This document shows positions 60,201 through 64,000 of a DNA stretch of 64,000 nucleotides, piece by piece. The notes beneath the pieces were generated by a model. The model searched no databases, was not told the origin of the DNA, and was given only the letters and a program-made list of their open reading frames with translations. The DNA is from Eutreptiella sp. 'Long Island Sound 2002' (taxonomy: Eukaryota > Protista > Euglenida). The position numbers and the translations under genes were made by a program. Position 1 is the first letter of the stretch. Each line of letters opens with the position of its first letter. The DNA is taken from contig OZ038378.1 in the NCBI GenBank assembly GCA_964036045.1, forward strand, positions 196,106,001-196,170,000. Direction: 5' to 3'.

Positions 60201-63200
60201 GCGCGGGTGGCGGTGGGGGCGCTCACTGGGATGTTGCCCTCACACCGCTCTAAGCACAGCTGGTCGGGACGATGCGCAGCCAGAGCCTTGTGCTTGGGTC
60301 CCTGGGGGTCGCCCCCCGCAATGCTCATGTCATCCATCCATCCATCCATTCTCCCCCCCCCCCATCCCGCCGCACGACTTCGGACTGCCCACGACGTCCC
60401 AAACCGACCTGCAAACGCCCATACCATCCCTTCCCCCCCCCCCGGCCGCCCCACCACCACCACCTCATTGCCACGGGACACACGGGATGCGCCCGGCCTA
60501 ACCCACTCTCTACGGGCCACCGTCACTTTGTACACACGAATGTCTTGCCTTCAGACCCGCATGGTCCAGGCGAAGCCGAACCAGGCAACCCCCCCATCCG
60601 CCTCCTTCTAACCATCAGCCGGTGACACAACCGTCGCGCTGAGCCAGGAGCTATGCCCAAATTCGCGAAACCCCTTTCCGGAGCGCCAACCCACAAATGT
60701 CGGCGACATCGCTCACGGCGGTGAAGTCGTGGTGTTAACGTCAACGTCGCCTGCGCAGCCGACGCCCGGCCGCACGGACCAACGCGCAGTGGAGGAGACC
60801 GCCGCATGGTGTTGTGTTTGTGCATTAGGAACAGTCCTGGTGGCCAATGTCTCCATCGGGGCTGCCCATTGCCACCCTCTCCACGTCCCCGGGCTCAGCC
60901 TTGGCCTGTCTGCCCCTTTGCAAATCACAGACCGCCTCTTTGTAGCCTCACTAATCCCATGGCTTAACGCCCCTCGAACGTCGATTTTGATGACACGATG
61001 TGATTTGTGGCCCGTTGTATTTCGAAGCCAGCACTCTGTTCAAAGGCGCTGCCCCTATTGCCCCGCACCAATGACTGTACCTCCTGCCAATGGGTCCGGG
61101 TTGCTTCTATTTGATTGCTGCCATCCAACAAACCGTCCATGGGTCGACGGGACTCCCTGTAAAATGCACAGTTTGTGGCACCGCACCACACGCGTTTATC
61201 CTTGAATGCCCAAGTCAGCGTTCAAATATACATTCCAGAATCTCTGGCCACTGATGAAGCTCTGTATTGGTGTTTGATTGTGGCACAAGCCCCTGCTCAT
61301 GATCAAGCGTCTGGTTCCATTCGTGTTTTGACTCTACGGGTGTCTCCATTGGTTGATCGGCCTCACCAGCACGCAACCCATGGCCACAGTGCATTGACCG
61401 TATATTTGCTCTAAGCGAATCCCGGCTGGTTGCATATGCCCGAAGGCATTTTTGATTGGTCTTCTGGTGCCAGAGCGAAAATGAAGAAGTCTTGTAGCAC
61501 TTGCAACGTGGATGCATTTTTATGCAACAACCTTTCTGACATGGTGGGAGGGCACACTGGTGCCATCCACCTGGCGTATCCGCGGTGAAATGGTCAACTT
61601 GGCTTTCCAGAGCCAAGTTTTCCAGAGCCAAGTGCTGTTTCTATGGGCATCCAGTGGTCAGCCCACAATGTCACTCACAGTTTGCTGCATCCACACCAAT
61701 GAATCTGTCATCTGTGCTGCCGGGATGTGTATGGTGGCTGCCACCCAAACAATGTGTCACAGCAACGTGAGTCTATTGTTCCTGCCACGGTTGATTTGTG
61801 TGCATGCGAGTGGGGGCCTGGACGGGGGGCTGCGGGTGTAGAGTTTCCCTAGTGTAGTGTCGCCCGTACACCCGCACACCAAACCGAAGCAGCTCTGCAC
61901 CGTGTAGTGGTGCGTTTCGGTCCAAGTGTTGTTGGGTGGGCCGCGGACATATGCATCCAATTTCACAGAGTTTCAGGCAATACCTCAATAATGGCGGACC
62001 GGTTCCAGGAACTGCCAAAAGGGCAAACAAAAAAGGCCGTCTGAGGGAATCACCTCGCAGAGGTTGTTGGATCAAAACCATGCAGGGCTGAATATATGGG
62101 AAAACACCACATACCCCCCCCCCCCCCTCTTTGTGGGCAGATCTGCGTACCCCCCTCCCCTTGCCAAGCAAGCGCCCCTGCATAGTAAGCGGGGGGCCGA
62201 GGGAACCGTCACTTTCTGTTTTGCAAACTTACTCAGAAGGTCGGACATTGAGTTTCTCCTGTGTGTTTGCTGGCTGGACAAGGGTATTGTTGGTGCATTG
62301 GCGTGTACTTAGATTTCTGGCATCCAAGGCACTCCACTGCACCCTGTATCCTGCAGAGCACTTCAGTTAAAGTTACACAACCTACAGCGAAAGAGAAATT
62401 ACTCACAATGACAATTTTTTGGTACACGAGTTACGTTTCTCGTGGGCCGATCTTTTAGTCGCATGCACGCCTGTGGGCACTGTTTTTTTGCGGGGGGGGG
62501 GGGACCTGGGGCAGGTCATGCACACCAAACTGCTCTACTGATTTCAATGGTTCTCAAAAGGGTGTACAAGACAGCGTGATTTTTACAAAATTTACACAGA
62601 ATTACCCCATGTGTTGATTGAATTTTGCATTTGTGTCTCTGTCAGGGGACATGGCCAGGGGCAGTCAGTCGGACAGAGCAGCCGGACGGCATGCCAGGGA
62701 AAAGTACAAAGCTGACACTGAAGCTTGCACACCCAACGTTGTTGAGCGGGACCATCAGTAGCCACGTGTTTATTTCTATGTCAGCAAGACGTGGCTCGCC
62801 AACATTTTGGGCTCATGAGGCATGGACGGGCTTCCCGTGAGCAAACGTAAAGGACGGAGGGAGGAGCCTCTTGTCATACAGGGCAGCAGCTCTCCTGATG
62901 CCCGCACGACTTGCCCCTTGGGTGAATCTGGGCGACGGAATGGGCAGAAGCCCCATGGACTATTGCTCCTTAATATGATTTCCTTCCTTCCTGCAGGGAG
63001 GATTGTGCACCATGCCGGAGACCGCAGGAGTCTGCCATGCAACAGTTGTCTCCCGGGCATGACGGCATAACATGTAGCGCTGCGGCAAAGCGCTTCGGTG
63101 AGAGAGCTGCCGGAGGCTTCGCAGGCCCCCAACCGCCATGTCCCGCATCCGCGAATTGAAGAAGCACCGGGACGCCAAGTCGCGAGATGCAACGGCGGCG

Positions 63201-63278
63201 CTCCTGCCCGTCCGCCTGAAAGCGACCAAAAAGCAATGGACAGGGACCCAGCTCCAGACCTCAAGGCAGGAGCACCAG
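42207..63278 (+). CDS. Host gene 2 (multi-exon, unknown function; probably continues beyond the window)
   Basis: ATG at 42207 after a pyrimidine tract + AG; exons 42207-42719, 46933-47308, 49573-49875, 58105-58892 and 59190-59213 have GT-AG boundaries and matching phases (0,1,1,0); further probable exon 63125-63278. Confidence 0.75.
42994..44361. mobile_element. Non-autonomous hAT-type element (1368 bp)
   Basis: TIR CAGGCCTCGTTGATAA vs CAGGCCTCGTCCATAA (14 of 16); perfect 8-bp TSD CCAGGGGG (42986-42993, 44362-44369). Confidence 0.85.
47340..47574 (+). mobile_element. C-tract SINE-like element, copy 4
   Basis: Same body; C-run+AGAGCGCAGA on the left (47311-47335) and C-run+A+AGAGCGCAGA on the right (47575-47592). 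Confidence 0.85.
51839..51965. repeat. 21-bp tandem array (CAGTAACCGACAGTATTTGGT consensus); also at ~57778-57885 and inverted at ~59030-59090 and ~59590-59680
   Basis: Read directly; flank 51775-51860 recurs inverted at 59060-59155. Confidence 0.85.
52201..53193 (+). pseudogene. ORF1 gag-like with C-terminal zinc knuckle
   Basis: ATG immediately after A1; CIKCGGRH*EWLC (C-X2-C-X3-H-X4-C) split by TAG at 53155-53157; Ser/Arg-rich linker. Confidence 0.75.
53203..54546 (+). pseudogene. ORF2 tyrosine recombinase
   Basis: Single frame with in-frame stops at 53428, 53560 and 54259; catalytic R (AFCLRISE), HxxR (WHCWRR), W (WGRW) and Y (AHRYV) intact. Confidence 0.9.
54543..56644 (+). pseudogene. 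ORF3 reverse transcriptase-RNase H (frameshifted)
   Basis: ATGA start/stop overlap with ORF2; FVIPKS, FDLSNCF, SLPFGWKLSP, HYLDD, WLGKEVD; RNase H VDAA/QVAEL/QDN/PADPVSR. Confidence 0.9.
58105..58892 (+). CDS. Gene 2 exon with 11 tandem GSPEK-containing 8-aa repeats
   Basis: 24-nt tandem repeat at ~58437-58703 with a 72-nt higher-order period; CGCAG acceptor and CAG|GT donor. Confidence 0.8.
61200..62430 (-). mobile_element. Possible LINE-like 3' remnant
   Basis: YADLPTKRGGGG resembles LP.K.GGLG; Cys-rich fragments downstream; heavily broken. Confidence 0.3.
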
Positions 63279-64000
63279 GTCCTTGTGTGCCGCACGCGCA
63301 GCTCTGCAGTGGGTCTGAGGACGGGCAGAAGGTTGCAGCTGACGTTTGGCGCCCTTCGGGCACTGCCCTCCCCCACCCCTGTCCAAGTCGCGGCGCTCGT
63401 CAGGGGTGGTCACGTCGGGCGGGTGGAACATTGCCCCAAGGGGGTAAAAGGGGCTGTTTCAGCCCCTTTTTCAAGACTGGGGGGGGGGGGGGGCTCTTCT
63501 GTAAGGCCATTATGGGGGGGGCAGACGGTCTGCATGGGACCAACATGGGGACCAAAACCCAAAAAGAATGAAAATGGCATTTTTGGAATCAGCGAGTCAA
63601 GGGGGTCAGAAAAGTGGTCATTTCCCCCAGTTTTGATAACAGAGATTGCAAAATGTTTTTGCCAAAAAATGGCCACAATCAAGGCCCCTGACAGAAGAGC
63701 CCCTTTTCCACCCCCCCACCCCCCTCGGGGTCGTGGGGACTATACAACCCGTCCCCCCCCCTTGCCTTGGGGCAACGTTCCACCCGCCTCGTCAGGGGAC
63801 GAGTCCTCCGGGGATTTGGTTAGTGACAGGTTCTCCACGAATGCCAGCGACAGGCTACTGGAATTTGGGTGGGAAACTGATTACCGCACGGACGTCAGTG
63901 AGACCAGAAAGCGGAAGGGCAGGAGGGTAATCAAGACTAATTCTGACGCGGCCCAAAGGCACGCTGTTGACCTGAAACCCGAACGGTGGTGGGGCCTGAC

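Noticed and set aside
42207-63278. Euglenid non-conventional (stem-loop) introns
   Set aside because: All junctions I could resolve are GT-AG and phase-consistent; no end-paired intron could be supported

Overview
Eukaryotic nuclear DNA: intron-rich, repeat-dense and full of C/G homopolymer runs. The repeat style most resembles euglenid (Eutreptiella-like) DNA, which is inference from memory, not a search result. Most ORFs in the supplied track are spurious readings of repeats. Supported content: (1) two + strand multi-exon host genes of unknown function with GT-AG exons, several phase-consistent (gene 1 about 8.5-31.2 kb; gene 2 from 42207 to at least 63278); (2) tRNA-Leu(AAG) at 8256-8337; (3) a full-length but decayed tyrosine-recombinase (YR) retrotransposon at 52078-57057 in an intron of gene 2, with gag-YR-RT-RNaseH order and split direct repeats A1...B1-A2-B2. 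It has no target-site duplication (TSD), its junctions fall in a shared A-tract, and an empty paralog of its target repeat lies at about 955-1070; (4) a 4-copy SINE-like family that ends in, and duplicates, C-tracts instead of carrying a poly(A) tail; (5) hAT-type MITEs with 8-bp TSDs, two hAT transposase remnants, an RNaseH remnant of a second YR-element family, weak LINE-like remnants, palindromic and tandem repeats, microsatellites and a 200-N assembly gap.
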